Positions 9,515 to 19,504 of a DNA stretch of 64,000 nucleotides are shown piece after piece. The stretch lies in contig JBDHDE010000016.1 in assembly GCA_039591655.1 (NCBI GenBank), positions 1 to 64,000 on the forward strand. The letters run 5' to 3'. Each line of letters begins with the position of its first letter. Position 1 is the stretch's first letter. The notes below the pieces were generated by a model, which ran no database searches, was not told the DNA's origin, and worked only from the letters and a program-made list of their open reading frames with translations. This stretch comes from Gemmatimonadota bacterium (GTDB lineage: Bacteria > Gemmatimonadota > Gemmatimonadetes > Gemmatimonadales > GWC2-71-9). The position numbers and the translations under genes were made by a program.

Positions 9515-10780
9515 CTAGCGCCTGATGCTCGCCTCGCTCAGGAGCCGCGCGCCGCTGGCGGGGAAATCCAACCGGCTCAGAGAGTCCACCAGCCACGCTG
9601 CGCGCCCCGTGGGGTCGGCCGATACGATTCCCGGCGGTCGCTGCCAGGTGGAGCGGACCAGCGCGTTCGTGACCCTGCCCGTTCCATCCAGGTCCACGCA
9701 CGCGATGCCGCCCCGGTTGAGGGGCTCGGCGAGGGAGAACGGCCCGTAGGTAAGGAGGTTGCCCAGCGAGTAGAGGACCAGTGCGTCACCGTGCCACTCC
9801 GCTGCCCGCATCACGTGGGGACCGTGGCCGATCACCACCGAGGCACCTGCCCCGATGGCGGTGTGGGCAAAGGCCACCGGGTTGCCCCGGTCCTCCCCCA
9901 GAAACCGTTCGGATACATCGAACGTGCGCTGCGCCGCGGCTCCCTCCGCACCCATGTGCACCGTCACCACTACCCGGCGATGCCGCATGGCCGCTCGCGC
10001 CACGTGTCGCCAGACGGCTCCCAAGTCCCGAGGATCGGGTCCTGCCTGGGCACTGCTGAAGCCCAACACGGCAACGGTGTCGCCGGTCGCCGTGACCACA
10101 GCAGTCGCCATGGTATCTGCCCCCGTCACGTAGACCCCAGCGTTCCCCAGATGACGCATGGTCGTCGCGAGTCCCTCGGCGCCGGCATCCAGGGCGTGGT
10201 TGTTCGCCACGTTCCCCACGACCGGACCGCCCCTAGCCAGGCGGCGGAGAGCGGCAGCCGTCGACACCGGTTGCCGAAAGGCGTAACAGCTCCGGGAGCC
10301 GGGACGGCACTTTGGCGGCGCCGCGCCCTCTCCTATGGCACCCTCGATGTTCAGCAGAATGACATCGGCATCGCCCACCAGGGGGCCCAGGGGGGCGAGT
10401 AGCTCATCCGGGCTGGGGAGCGCGGGCATGCGCCAACCGAGGCGCGCGGCGGCGCGTGCGGCCCACGAAGTATCCAGATTCGTGCCCAGCATGACGTCGC
10501 CACCGGCGCAGAGGCGCACCGTGGTCGGGGCCGTGCGAGGCAGGGGCTCGGCTACGAGCTCGATCACCCCCAAGGGGGGAACCGGGATCGCCAGGCGTCC
10601 GGAGTCCTGGACTTCCGGCGGCATGGCTCCTTCTCCCGGTGGCGTATCCCGCGCCGCACCGCCGGCCGGCACCGCGGGTTCCCCGATCTGTCGGCCGGTG
10701 CATGTGGTCACGACCATCATCGCCGTCATGGGGATGACGAACGAGAGAGCGCGTCGTGCCACGGTCCCCGCCGGTTTCAC
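9515..10780 (-). CDS. CapA/PgsA family metallophosphoesterase, probable lipoprotein
   Basis: GGDVMLG, NIEG, ANNHALD, VHMGAE, GHGPHV and YSLGN motifs. GTG at 10780 overlaps the Nif3 stop; lipobox-like VTTC. Confidence 0.85.
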   Translation of the reverse strand: MKPAGTVARRALSFVIPMTAMMVVTTCTGRQIGEPAVPAGGAARDTPPGEGAMPPEVQDSGRLAIPVPPLGVIELVAEPLPRTAPTTVRLCAGGDVMLGTNLDTSWAARAAARLGWRMPALPSPDELLAPLGPLVGDADVILLNIEGAIGEGAAPPKCRPGSRSCYAFRQPVSTAAALRRLARGGPVVGNVANNHALDAGAEGLATTMRHLGNAGVYVTGADTMATAVVTATGDTVAVLGFSSAQAGPDPRDLGAVWRHVARAAMRHRRVVVTVHMGAEGAAAQRTFDVSERFLGEDRGNPVAFAHTAIGAGASVVIGHGPHVMRAAEWHGDALVLYSLGNLLTYGPFSLAEPLNRGGIACVDLDGTGRVTNALVRSTWQRPPGIVSADPTGRAAWLVDSLSRLDFPASGARLLSEASIRR

Positions 10781-11529
10781 AGGCCCGTAGGGTGATCGAG
10801 GAAGTCCCACGGCAGTCCGTACTTCTCCTCCAGATGGGCCGCCAGGGCCTTCACCCCCACCGTTTCCGTGGCGTAGTGCCCGGCGTATACCACGTTGATG
10901 CCCAACTCTTCGGCATCGAAGTATGTGTGGTGCGCGCCCTCGCCCGTCACGAAGGTGTCGATCCCCGCCTCCACCGCGTCACGGATCATCTTCCCGGCTC
11001 CCCCGGAGATCACCCCGACCCGTCGGACCTCCGCGGGGCCGGTAGCGATGACCTTGGTGGCAACCCCGAGGACTCCCTCTATGTGCCGAATCAGATCGGC
11101 ACGACTGCACTCCACGCTCCCGGCCACACCGATGGCCTGTCCTAGATAGTCGCCGAACCACTCCTGATTTTCGAGGCCCAGCGCACCGGCAAGCACGGCG
11201 TTGTTCCCCACCTCCGGATGCACATCCAGGGGGATATGGGCCGCGTAGAGCGCGATGCCGTGCCGCACCAGCGTACGGATGCGGCGACCGTGGCGCCCGG
11301 TGATTGGCTGCGCACCGCGCCAGAAGAGGCCATGGTGCACCAGCATGAAGTCCGCTTTAGTGTCCACGGCGGCGTCGATCGTCACCTGACAGGCATCCAC
11401 TGCCACGGCGAGACGCGTCACCGTACCGGGGTTCTCCACCTGGAGACCGTTCAAGGCGTTGGGATCGTCCTCGACCTCCGAGATCCGGAGGTAGCCGTCG
11501 AGATAGCTGCAGAGATCTGAGAGGTTCAT
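10777..11529 (-). CDS. Nif3-like dinuclear metal centre protein (YbgI family)
   Basis: NGLQVE, VHHGLFW, HIPLDVH and AGHYATE motifs. Confidence 0.9.
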   Translation of the reverse strand: MNLSDLCSYLDGYLRISEVEDDPNALNGLQVENPGTVTRLAVAVDACQVTIDAAVDTKADFMLVHHGLFWRGAQPITGRHGRRIRTLVRHGIALYAAHIPLDVHPEVGNNAVLAGALGLENQEWFGDYLGQAIGVAGSVECSRADLIRHIEGVLGVATKVIATGPAEVRRVGVISGGAGKMIRDAVEAGIDTFVTGEGAHHTYFDAEELGINVVYAGHYATETVGVKALAAHLEEKYGLPWDFLDHPTGL

Positions 11530-11673
11530 CGGTACGAGCGCGCAGCGAGCCGGCCGCCCGCGGCGCGCTCCGCGCGATCAGTCGTGAACCATGGTGTGCT
11601 AATGGTGGGAGCCCGTGAGGAGGCGCGGCAGAGGGGCCACGACGCCCGCGGGCCCGCGCGCCGCAACAGTGGC

Positions 11674-12138
11674 TCAGGTATAGGCCTCCGACTCCGATCC
11701 CGAGGCGGGCACCGCTTCCCGCCGCGCAGCCACCGACGCCGCCTGCTCCAGAGCCTTCGGCTCGCCCATCTGCACACTGCCGTTGACCTCGCCTCCCTCA
11801 TGCACGATCAGCTTCTTCGTGACGATGTCGCCCTGGACCAGTGAGTTCTGCTGCACCTCGACACGCTCGTCGACGTAGAGGGATCCGATCACCTTGCCGC
11901 CCACGATGACCTCGCGGGTGTAGACGTCGCCCTCGATAGTGCCGCCCTTCGCCACCAGCACCTCACGGTCGGCACGGATGGTGCCTTCGACCACCCCTTC
12001 GACCTTGAGGACGCCGTCGGTGGCGATCTCGCCGACGACCCGCATACCGGCCGCGACGATCGAGAGACTACCTTCTCGACCCGCTTGGCGTCCGGAGGAC
12101 TCCCCGGTGCGCTCGGCACCGGACGAGAACACTGCCAT
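11674..12138 (-). CDS. Bactofilin (polymer-forming cytoskeletal protein)
   Basis: Beta-helix V/I-x-G repeats: SIVAAGMRVVGEI...VEGTI...IEGDV...VQGDI...VNGSV. Confidence 0.88.
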   Translation of the reverse strand: MAVFSSGAERTGESSGRQAGREGSLSIVAAGMRVVGEIATDGVLKVEGVVEGTIRADREVLVAKGGTIEGDVYTREVIVGGKVIGSLYVDERVEVQQNSLVQGDIVTKKLIVHEGGEVNGSVQMGEPKALEQAASVAARREAVPASGSESEAYT

Positions 12139-12140
12139 GC

Positions 12141-12935
12141 CTATGACTCCTCTCTGACGAGTGACCGAGGGTCGATGGATCGTCCCTCGTGGAGAACCTC
12201 AAAGTGTAAGTGGGGTGCCGTCGAGCGCCCCGTGGATCCTGACAGCGCAATCACCTGTCCCGCAGGGACCGAGTCACCGTCCTGCACCAACAGGCGCGAG
12301 GCGTGACCATACATGCTCTGGTACCCCTGAGGATGCGTCAACCGCACGAACAGGCCGTACTCGGGATCCTCACCTGCGCTCGCGACGACGCCTCCACCGG
12401 TGGCACGGATCGGGGTGCCTACGGGAACGGCGATGTCGAGCCCTGAGTGCGCCTCGCCACCCCCGACGCTGCCAACGGTGCCGCGGGTCACGATCCCCGG
12501 CACGCCCAGCGGCCAGTGCTGCGGCACCGAAGGCCCCTCCTCGTACCGGCCCTCATCCGCCGGCGGTCGCGCCATGATGGGGTAGGCAACCGGCTGGGTG
12601 GTCTGCGCCCTGGCCCGCGTCGGCACCACGTCGGCGCCTAGCATGGAGCGCACCTGATCGTAGCGGGTCTCTACCTCGTCGAGTGTGGCCGCCAGCTGGT
12701 GCACCTGCTCGTTCTCTGCGCTGAGGCGCTCGATCTCCCGGTTGAGACCTGGCACCCGGGCCGCCGTGCGGGCGATCGGCGTGTAGAGCACCGCCGCCAG
12801 GATTATCAGCACGAGGAGCGTCCCCCCGGTGACGGTGGTGACCCGGACCAGCCAGAGGGGCACACGCATCGAGCGGGACGTGAGGTCCCCGTCCCGATGC
12901 ATCATGAACGTCACCGACCGCCGCTTGTGACTCAT
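12141..12935 (-). CDS. M23 family metallopeptidase with N-terminal TM and coiled coil (LmdC/Csd1-like)
   Basis: HSGLDI, YGH and GRSTAPHLHFE motifs; TM helix and heptad region. Confidence 0.9.
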   Translation of the reverse strand: MSHKRRSVTFMMHRDGDLTSRSMRVPLWLVRVTTVTGGTLLVLIILAAVLYTPIARTAARVPGLNREIERLSAENEQVHQLAATLDEVETRYDQVRSMLGADVVPTRARAQTTQPVAYPIMARPPADEGRYEEGPSVPQHWPLGVPGIVTRGTVGSVGGGEAHSGLDIAVPVGTPIRATGGGVVASAGEDPEYGLFVRLTHPQGYQSMYGHASRLLVQDGDSVPAGQVIALSGSTGRSTAPHLHFEVLHEGRSIDPRSLVREES

Positions 12936-13822
12936 CCGCCGTACGGTTCCCCGAGGATGATCTCCAGGATGCGCGCCAAGTCGTCGTGGGAGTAGAAGTT
13001 GATCGTGACGCGGCCGCTGTCCTTGCCCCGCGCCGAGACCCGGACGTCCGTCTGGAGCCGGCCACGGAGCGCCTCTTCCACCCGCCGAACCTCCGGATCT
13101 GGGGCTCTTCCCCCCCGGATCCGGCGCGGGCGGCGCTGCGCGGCCCGTCCGCCGCGGACCAGTGCCTCGACGTCGCGCACCGACAATTGCTGCTCCGCCG
13201 CGGAGCGCGCTATGCGCTCGATCACATCTGTGTCGTTGAGGGCCAGCAGGGCGCGGGCATGACCCGTGCTGAGGGAGCCGCGGTGCACGAGTTGCTGCAC
13301 CGGCTCCGGGAGCTTGAGCAGTCTCAGGGCGTTCGCGACGGTGGAGCGGTCGCGCCCGACCAATTCCCCCACCTCCACCTGGGACACACCGAACTCGTCG
13401 ATGAGGCGCTGGTAGCCCCGGGCCTCGTCGATGGGAGAGAGAGCATCCCGCTGGAGATTCTCGACAAGGGCGAGCGTGAGCAGCGTGCGATCATCGACAT
13501 CCCGCACCACAGCGTGGATCTCTGCCCATCCCAGCCGCTGTGCGGCTCGCCAGCGTCGCTCGCCCGCCACCAACTCATAGCTGCCCTCACCTCCGGGCCG
13601 GGCGACGACGGGCTGGAGAAGTCCCGAGCCTTCCATCGAGCCGGCGAGCTCCTGCAATGCGTCCTCGTCGAACACGCGTCGCGGCTGGTAGGGGTTGGGA
13701 CGAATCGCGTCAACCGGGATCTGCGTGAGACTTCCCTCGGCACGGGCCTCAGTCACGCTCACGGGTCCGAGCAATGCCTCGAGGCCTCGGCCCAACCGGC
13801 GTTTTCCGCTCGAAGCCGTCAT
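12932..13822 (-). CDS. parB: Chromosome partitioning protein ParB
   Basis: LGRGLEALL, NPYQPR, AGERRWRA and ENLQR motifs plus HTH. Confidence 0.95.
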   Translation of the reverse strand: MTASSGKRRLGRGLEALLGPVSVTEARAEGSLTQIPVDAIRPNPYQPRRVFDEDALQELAGSMEGSGLLQPVVARPGGEGSYELVAGERRWRAAQRLGWAEIHAVVRDVDDRTLLTLALVENLQRDALSPIDEARGYQRLIDEFGVSQVEVGELVGRDRSTVANALRLLKLPEPVQQLVHRGSLSTGHARALLALNDTDVIERIARSAAEQQLSVRDVEALVRGGRAAQRRPRRIRGGRAPDPEVRRVEEALRGRLQTDVRVSARGKDSGRVTINFYSHDDLARILEIILGEPYGG

Positions 13823-14646
13823 GCCGACACCTCCCTCATCCGCTCAGCCACCTCGTGCAGGGACCCGCCTGCATCGCCTTCCGCGACGCGTCGCAGCATC
13901 TCCTGCCCGAGGGCCAAATAGCTCTTGGCGCCCACCGACCCGACGTCGTACGACAGGATGGGTCGGCCGAAGCTCGGAGCCTCGGCGAGGCGCACGTTTC
14001 GCGGAATCACCGCCCTATAGACCTGGCGACCGAAGTACTCCTTGGCCTCTGTGGCGACCTGCCGCGAGAGATTCAGTCGCGCATCGTACATCGTGAGCAA
14101 CACACCCTCGATTGCCAGATCAGGGTTGAAGTTCTGCTGCACCAGACGCACGGTGTTGAGCAGCTTCGATAGCCCCTCGAGCGCGTAGTACTCGCACTGG
14201 ATGGGGATCAACACGGAGTCCGCCGCCGCCAACATGTTCAGCGTGAGAAGTCCGAGGGATGGCGGACAGTCGATGAGCACGAACTCGTAGGCCTCGCGGA
14301 CTCCGTCAAGGCTGCGGCGCATCACCGACTCGCGACTGGGCCAGTTGACGAGCTCTACCTCCGCCCCAACCAGGTCCTGCGTCGCAGGAATCACGTCGAG
14401 GGTAGGGAAGTTGATCTCCCGCCGGACGACGTCGGCCAGGGCCGCCTCGCCCACGAGCGCATCGTACAACGAGCCCTCGATGCTGTCCCGCTCGATGCCG
14501 ATCCCGCTGGTGGCATTGGCTTGGGGGTCGGCGTCCACCAGGAGCGTATGGCGCTCCGCGGCGGCGAGCGAGGCCGCGAGGTTAACGGCGGTGGTAGTCT
14601 TGCCCACGCCGCCCTTCTGATTCGCGATCGCGATGACCTTACCCAT
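13819..14646 (-). CDS. parA: Chromosome partitioning ATPase ParA/Soj
   Basis: ANQKGGVGKTTT, DADPQAN, DCPPSLG and IPRNVRLAEAPSFG; ATG at 14646. Confidence 0.95.
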   Translation of the reverse strand: MGKVIAIANQKGGVGKTTTAVNLAASLAAAERHTLLVDADPQANATSGIGIERDSIEGSLYDALVGEAALADVVRREINFPTLDVIPATQDLVGAEVELVNWPSRESVMRRSLDGVREAYEFVLIDCPPSLGLLTLNMLAAADSVLIPIQCEYYALEGLSKLLNTVRLVQQNFNPDLAIEGVLLTMYDARLNLSRQVATEAKEYFGRQVYRAVIPRNVRLAEAPSFGRPILSYDVGSVGAKSYLALGQEMLRRVAEGDAGGSLHEVAERMREVSA

Positions 14647-14858
14647 ATGTGGTAAACCGTTGGGGGGGCAATGAGTTATGCAATATTGCCAGGCAGGCTG
14701 AGTGCGCCCGGTCCGGGGCTCGCTGAGCAATATACAGGGCGTTAAGCGGCTACGCTACACCCATTTCCCGCACCCGGAGGGCTAAGAGCGTGGTGGGAGC
14801 GCACCTCCAGCTGCCGGAAGTGAAGGGGCCGAGACACTCAAGTCGGCTAACTGCCCCC

Positions 14859-14874
14859 CGTTTCACGTGAAACG
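14859..14874. promoter_or_regulatory. parS: parS site 1
   Basis: Perfect palindrome CGTTTCACGTGAAACG, matching the parS consensus TGTTTCACGTGAAACA, upstream of parA. Confidence 0.9.
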
Positions 14875-14891
14875 TCGCCGCTCGTCGTAGT

Positions 14892-15237
14892 GACCTACCT
14901 CCGCGACCCTGTCGGTCGCGTCGCAGGAGCGGGGGGGGAGGGAAGCAGCGGCGAGATCGGGTCCCACCCGAGCGAAAGGGCAAGAGCGAGTGGACGGGCC
15001 TGCCCGAGCGCCTTCAGTAGGGGCACATCAGTGCTGCCCACTGGGGGTGTGAGCAAGCGGGAGGGGCCTGCCGAAGCGAACGTCAGTGCAGCGCACCGGT
15101 ACGGATGGGATGCACGGGAAGGGAAGCCGTTTGCGAGGGCGGGCGGGAATCCCGGGAAGGCCAGCCAACTGCAGTTCGCAGAGGTAGGCCCCTCCCGCGA
15201 CTCACCGAGTCGCGGTGGTGAGGCCCACCCCCGAGCG
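14892..15237. repeat. Dispersed structured intergenic element, copy B (inverted relative to A, with extra partial modules)
   Basis: 15064-15237 matches copy A as reverse complement; 14892-14906 GACCTACCTCCGCGA is identical to 9306-9320. Confidence 0.85.
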
Positions 15238-15271
15238 CTTAGTTGCGAAGGCCGCCCCTCGCGAGCGCCGA

Positions 15272-15287
15272 GGTTTCACGTGAAACC
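15272..15287. promoter_or_regulatory. parS: parS site 2
   Basis: Perfect palindrome GGTTTCACGTGAAACC just 3' of mnmG. Confidence 0.9.
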
Positions 15288-15341
15288 TGACCCGCCCGTC
15301 AGGCCGGGCGGGCCCCAGACAACACTTTACCCTGTAGTGGA

Positions 15342-17216
15342 TTACGCTGCCGATCGGCGGCGCCGGACAACCTCGAGGACCAGATTCTGAAGATCGCTGG
15401 GGGATACACCGGGGATGCGCCCTGCCCGGGCCAGGGACTCCGGGCGAACTGCCTCCAGCTTCTGCCGGGCTTCCGTGCTCAGGCTGTTGATCTCGCCGTA
15501 AGCAAGATCCTGAGGGAGGTGAAAGCTCGCCATCTCCGCCAGCTTCGCCGCAGCCTGCCGCTCCCGCTCGAGGTAGCCGGCGTACTTCAGCTCGATCTCC
15601 GCAGACATCCAAACATCCTGGTGGAATTCCGGAGTCTCCGACAGTGCCACCCCAAGGAGCTCTCGCAGCGGCACCCCGGGCCTACGGGCCAGGTCCGCCA
15701 CCCTCCGAGCCTGCCCAATCCCACTCTGCCCGTTCCGACCTAGCACGTCGCCCGCCGCTTCCGGCCCCACCTTCGTGGACCGCGCCAGGTCGAGGAGCTC
15801 CTCCTCCCCCCGCAGCCGGCACTCCAGCTCCCGCCGCTCCCGATCCCGCAGCAGGCCCAGCCGCTCCGCCAGGGGACCTAGTCGCTTCAGCGCATTGTCC
15901 TGCCGGAGCAGGAGCCGAAACTCAGCACGGGAGGTGAATAGGCGGTACGGCTCGTCGACGCCCCGAGTGATCAGGTCGTCCACCAAGACCCCGATGTACC
16001 CGTCGTCCCGCCCCAGCACCAAGGGCTCCTGGTCCCGCAGGCGGCGGACGGCGTTGACCCCGGCCACGACCCCCTGACCGGCGGCCTCCTCATACCCGGT
16101 CGTCCCGTTCACCTGCCCGGCGAAGAAGAGGCCCTCGATCGCCCTCACCTCCAGCCACGGTGTGAGCTGCTGCGGCGGATAGTAATCGTACTCGATGGCG
16201 TAGCCGGGGCGCGTCATCTTCGCCGCACCAAGTCCCATAACTGCATGTATTACTTGGACTTGCGTTTCCACGGGGAGCGAGGTGGAGAGCCCGTTCACGT
16301 ACAACTCCGTGGTCTCCAACCCCTCGGGCTCCAGAAAGACCTGGTGGCGCTCCGCCTCTGGGAACTTGACGATCTTGTCCTCGATAGACGGGCAGTAGCG
16401 CGGCCCCCTGCCGGCAATGGCCCCGCCGTAGAGGGCCGACTCGTGAATCCGCTCCCGGATGATCTCCTTCACCTCTTCGCCAGCCCAAGTGAGCCAGCAC
16501 GGACGCTGCTCCGGACGGGCAACCTGCTCGAAGTGCGTGAAGTGATACGACGCGTCCTCTCCGTCCTGCCGCTTCAGCTTGGCGTAGTCCACCGTTCGAC
16601 CGTCGATCCGCGGCGGCGTGCCCGTCTTGAACCGCTCGACGGTGAGCCCCACGGCCTCCAGTTGCTCCGCCAACTCCACTGCGGCGGGATCTCCTGCGCG
16701 TCCTGCGGCAATCGTCACCGTGGTACCGACGTGAATGCGGCCGCGCAGAAACGTCCCGGCGGTGAGGATGACAGCGCGCCCCCCTATCCGCTGGCCCCCT
16801 GTCGTCACGACACCGGCCACTCGCTCGCCTTCGACTATGAGAGCGCTCACCGTCGCCTGGAGCAGATCGACGTGCGGCCCTTCCTCGAGGAGGCCCCGCA
16901 GCGCACGGCGATACAGACCGCGATCGCATTGCGCTCGGGGCGCCCACACTGCAGGCCCCTTGGAGCGATTCAGCATGCGGAACTGGATCGTCGCCCGATC
17001 CGCCCCACGGCCCATGAGCCCGCCCAACGCATCGACTTCCCGGACGACGGTTCCCTTCGCGATGCCCCCGATAGCAGGATTGCACGACATTTGCCCGATG
17101 GTCTCCAGGTTGCTGGTGACCAGGAGCGTACGCGCATCGAGTCGCGCGGCGGCGTTAGCGGCTTCGCAGCCGGCGTGGCCGCCGCCGATGATGATCACAT
17201 CGTAGTCGACGTGCAT
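15342..17216 (-). CDS. mnmG: tRNA uridine-5-carboxymethylaminomethyl modification enzyme MnmG (GidA)
   Basis: GGGHAGCEAA, MSCNPAIGG, GPRYCPSIEDK and AGQVNGTTGYEEAA motifs. Confidence 0.96.
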   Translation of the reverse strand: MHVDYDVIIIGGGHAGCEAANAAARLDARTLLVTSNLETIGQMSCNPAIGGIAKGTVVREVDALGGLMGRGADRATIQFRMLNRSKGPAVWAPRAQCDRGLYRRALRGLLEEGPHVDLLQATVSALIVEGERVAGVVTTGGQRIGGRAVILTAGTFLRGRIHVGTTVTIAAGRAGDPAAVELAEQLEAVGLTVERFKTGTPPRIDGRTVDYAKLKRQDGEDASYHFTHFEQVARPEQRPCWLTWAGEEVKEIIRERIHESALYGGAIAGRGPRYCPSIEDKIVKFPEAERHQVFLEPEGLETTELYVNGLSTSLPVETQVQVIHAVMGLGAAKMTRPGYAIEYDYYPPQQLTPWLEVRAIEGLFFAGQVNGTTGYEEAAGQGVVAGVNAVRRLRDQEPLVLGRDDGYIGVLVDDLITRGVDEPYRLFTSRAEFRLLLRQDNALKRLGPLAERLGLLRDRERRELECRLRGEEELLDLARSTKVGPEAAGDVLGRNGQSGIGQARRVADLARRPGVPLRELLGVALSETPEFHQDVWMSAEIELKYAGYLERERQAAAKLAEMASFHLPQDLAYGEINSLSTEARQKLEAVRPESLARAGRIPGVSPSDLQNLVLEVVRRRRSAA

Positions 17217-17274
17217 AGACGGAAGAAATTAGCGGACACCGACGATCGCCGCACCGCCGGCCCGGCTGCGGCGC

Positions 17275-18549
17275 CTACTTTGCCCGTACCCACCGCACGA
17301 GCTCCCTGGGACTCGGACGCTTCCCGTACATCAGGATGCCCACCCGGTAGATGCGAGCCGCGACCCACGTGACAAGCCAAAGGGTGAAGAGAAGGATCGC
17401 CACCGACGCTACGACCTCCTGCATCGGAACGGCGGCAGCAGCCCAACGCACCGGCATGGCGATGGGCGACGTGAATGGAATGAGAGACAGCGTAGCCGCC
17501 ATTCCGCTATCGGGCTGCTGGATGATCCCGATCATCAGGATGGACGGGATCACCAGCAACATCACGACCGGCGTCTGCGCCTGGCGTGCTTCCGCTTCCG
17601 AACTGGACATCGATGCCACGGCAGCGAACATCGCGGCATACAGGAAGTAGCCCAGCAGGAAGTAGACCAGGAAGATCACCACAGTCGCCGCGGAGATCTC
17701 CGGCAGCGGCATCTCCTGGCCCAGCGCGGCATCCACACCCAGCATCTCCAGCACCTGGTCCCGCCGGCGGAACAGCACCCACCCGCACACGCCCCAGATC
17801 AAGAACTGGAACAGCCCAACGGCACCGACGCCAATCACCTTGCCGGCCAGCAGCTGAAACGGCTTGAGGCTGGAGATCAGGACCTCGATCACGCGCGTCG
17901 TCTTCTCCTCCACTACGGAGCCCATCACCTGCACGCCATACAGCAGGATGGCGATGTAGAGCAACAGCCAAACCGCGTAGGCCAGGAGGAACCTCGCCTC
18001 CCCGGACTCCTCGGTCACGCGGCCACCCCGGATGTTCACCGTGCGCATCTGCACTGGGATCTGCGCCCGCGCCACCAGATCAGGATTCACTCCTACGCGA
18101 TCCAGCCGCTCGATGAGCACCGCCTCCTGGACGAGCCGCTGGATCATCCTCATATCGTTGAACGAGGAAACGTTCGACCCGCGATACTCCACCTGCCCGT
18201 CCTCGACGGCCTCGTCCGTCACGATGAGGTAACCGTCGAGGCGTTTCACTCCCACCGCTGCCGTGAGGGAGTCCGCCACGAATGCAAGACTCGCTACGTC
18301 CACCTCCAGTCGCATAGCCTCCAAGGCCTGCGGAGCGCTCAACAGCTCCGCCACGCGCTCGCCGAACCCGCCTGAGGTCAGGTCCAGCACCGCGATGACG
18401 CGACGACCGCTACCCCGCTCCGCCACCATGATTGGAACGACGACGAGCGCCGCCATCATCACCGGGCCCAGCACGGTGGCGATGATGAACCACTTGTTCC
18501 GCACCTTCTCCACGAACTCGCGCCGGATAACGACCCAGATCTTACGCAT
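17275..18549 (-). CDS. ABC-2 type exporter permease (NatB/YhaP-like)
   Basis: N-terminal TM, large loop, SVVEEKTTRVIEVLISS...GKVIG, and further TMs. Confidence 0.88.
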   Translation of the reverse strand: MRKIWVVIRREFVEKVRNKWFIIATVLGPVMMAALVVVPIMVAERGSGRRVIAVLDLTSGGFGERVAELLSAPQALEAMRLEVDVASLAFVADSLTAAVGVKRLDGYLIVTDEAVEDGQVEYRGSNVSSFNDMRMIQRLVQEAVLIERLDRVGVNPDLVARAQIPVQMRTVNIRGGRVTEESGEARFLLAYAVWLLLYIAILLYGVQVMGSVVEEKTTRVIEVLISSLKPFQLLAGKVIGVGAVGLFQFLIWGVCGWVLFRRRDQVLEMLGVDAALGQEMPLPEISAATVVIFLVYFLLGYFLYAAMFAAVASMSSSEAEARQAQTPVVMLLVIPSILMIGIIQQPDSGMAATLSLIPFTSPIAMPVRWAAAAVPMQEVVASVAILLFTLWLVTWVAARIYRVGILMYGKRPSPRELVRWVRAK

Positions 18550-19504
18550 CGCGGTTCCCCTCCTCCGCGCGGGCCGTCGCCGCTTCCGGTCCCACCAGGT
18601 CGATGAAGATCTTGTTCAGCGTAGGCTCAGCGATCTCGAACCGCGAGACCCGGGCGCCGACCGCCATCAGTCCTTCCAGAACGCGTTGTGGGTCGGCACC
18701 CGTAGCTAATTCGAGCTCGGCATACTGCCCATAGTCGTCGGCCCTGGCCACGAGAGACGCATCGCCGATCACCCGCTCCACCGAAGCCGTCCCTTCCTCC
18801 ACGGCCACGATCACGTGCCTCCCGCCATGCTCCCGCTTCACCTCCGCAAGACGCCCGTCCAGCACCTTCTCACCTCGCGCGATGATGCACACCGAGTCGC
18901 ACAGCTTCTCGGCCTGCTCCATGATGTGCGTCGAGAAGAGAACCGTTGTGCCCGCGCGCGCCAGCTCGACCACGACATCCTTCATGAGCTGGGTGTTCAC
19001 CGGATCGAAGCCGGAGAAGGGCTCGTCGAGAATCAGGAGCTCCGGCCCATGCAACACCGTGGAGATGAATTGCACCTTCTGCTGCATCCCCTTCGAGAGA
19101 TCGTCCACCTTCTTTTGCGTCCAGTCCCCTAGACCGAGCCGCTCGAGCCAGCGGCCGGCATCACGCCTGGCCGAGCGGTGATCCACCCCCTTTGCTTCCG
19201 CCAGGAACACCAGGAGGTCCAGCACCTTCATCTTCCTGTATAGGCCCCGCTCCTCCGGCAGATACCCGATCCGGTGGCTCTGGTCGCGGCCGCTGCGGGG
19301 GAGCCCGAATAGCCTGATGCTCCCCTCGTCGGGGGCCATGATGTTCATGATCATGCGGATGGTGGTGGTCTTGCCGGCCCCGTTGGGTCCCAGCAGGCCG
19401 TACACCGCCCCCTCGGGCACCGCCAGCGACAGCTCCTGGACCGCGGTGTGACCCGCAAACCGCTTCGTGATTCCCTGTACTTCGACCACCGCATTGTCAT
19501 GCAT
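18542..19504 (-). CDS. ABC exporter ATP-binding protein (NatA/YhaQ-like)
   Basis: GPNGAGKT, LSKGMQQK and LILDEPFSG; ATG at 19504. Confidence 0.9.
   Translation of the reverse strand: MHDNAVVEVQGITKRFAGHTAVQELSLAVPEGAVYGLLGPNGAGKTTTIRMIMNIMAPDEGSIRLFGLPRSGRDQSHRIGYLPEERGLYRKMKVLDLLVFLAEAKGVDHRSARRDAGRWLERLGLGDWTQKKVDDLSKGMQQKVQFISTVLHGPELLILDEPFSGFDPVNTQLMKDVVVELARAGTTVLFSTHIMEQAEKLCDSVCIIARGEKVLDGRLAEVKREHGGRHVIVAVEEGTASVERVIGDASLVARADDYGQYAELELATGADPQRVLEGLMAVGARVSRFEIAEPTLNKIFIDLVGPEAATARAEEGNRDA

Noticed and set aside
11530..11673. GC-rich gap between the bactofilin and Nif3 genes as a riboswitch or terminator
   Set aside because: No recognisable aptamer motifs or U-tract; possible pairings are expected from GC content.
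9248..15237. The two repeat copies as terminal inverted repeats of a ~6 kb transposon
   Set aside because: The enclosed genes are core (parAB, M23, bactofilin, Nif3, capA), there is no transposase, and no target-site duplication is visible.
14890..15390. 166-aa ORF in the mnmG-parA gap, sharing LQFAEVGPS with ORF 9169..9399
   Set aside because: The shared peptide comes from the DNA repeat. The frame is not preserved between copies (31 vs 32 nt spacer, stop in copy A), and there are no RsmG motifs.
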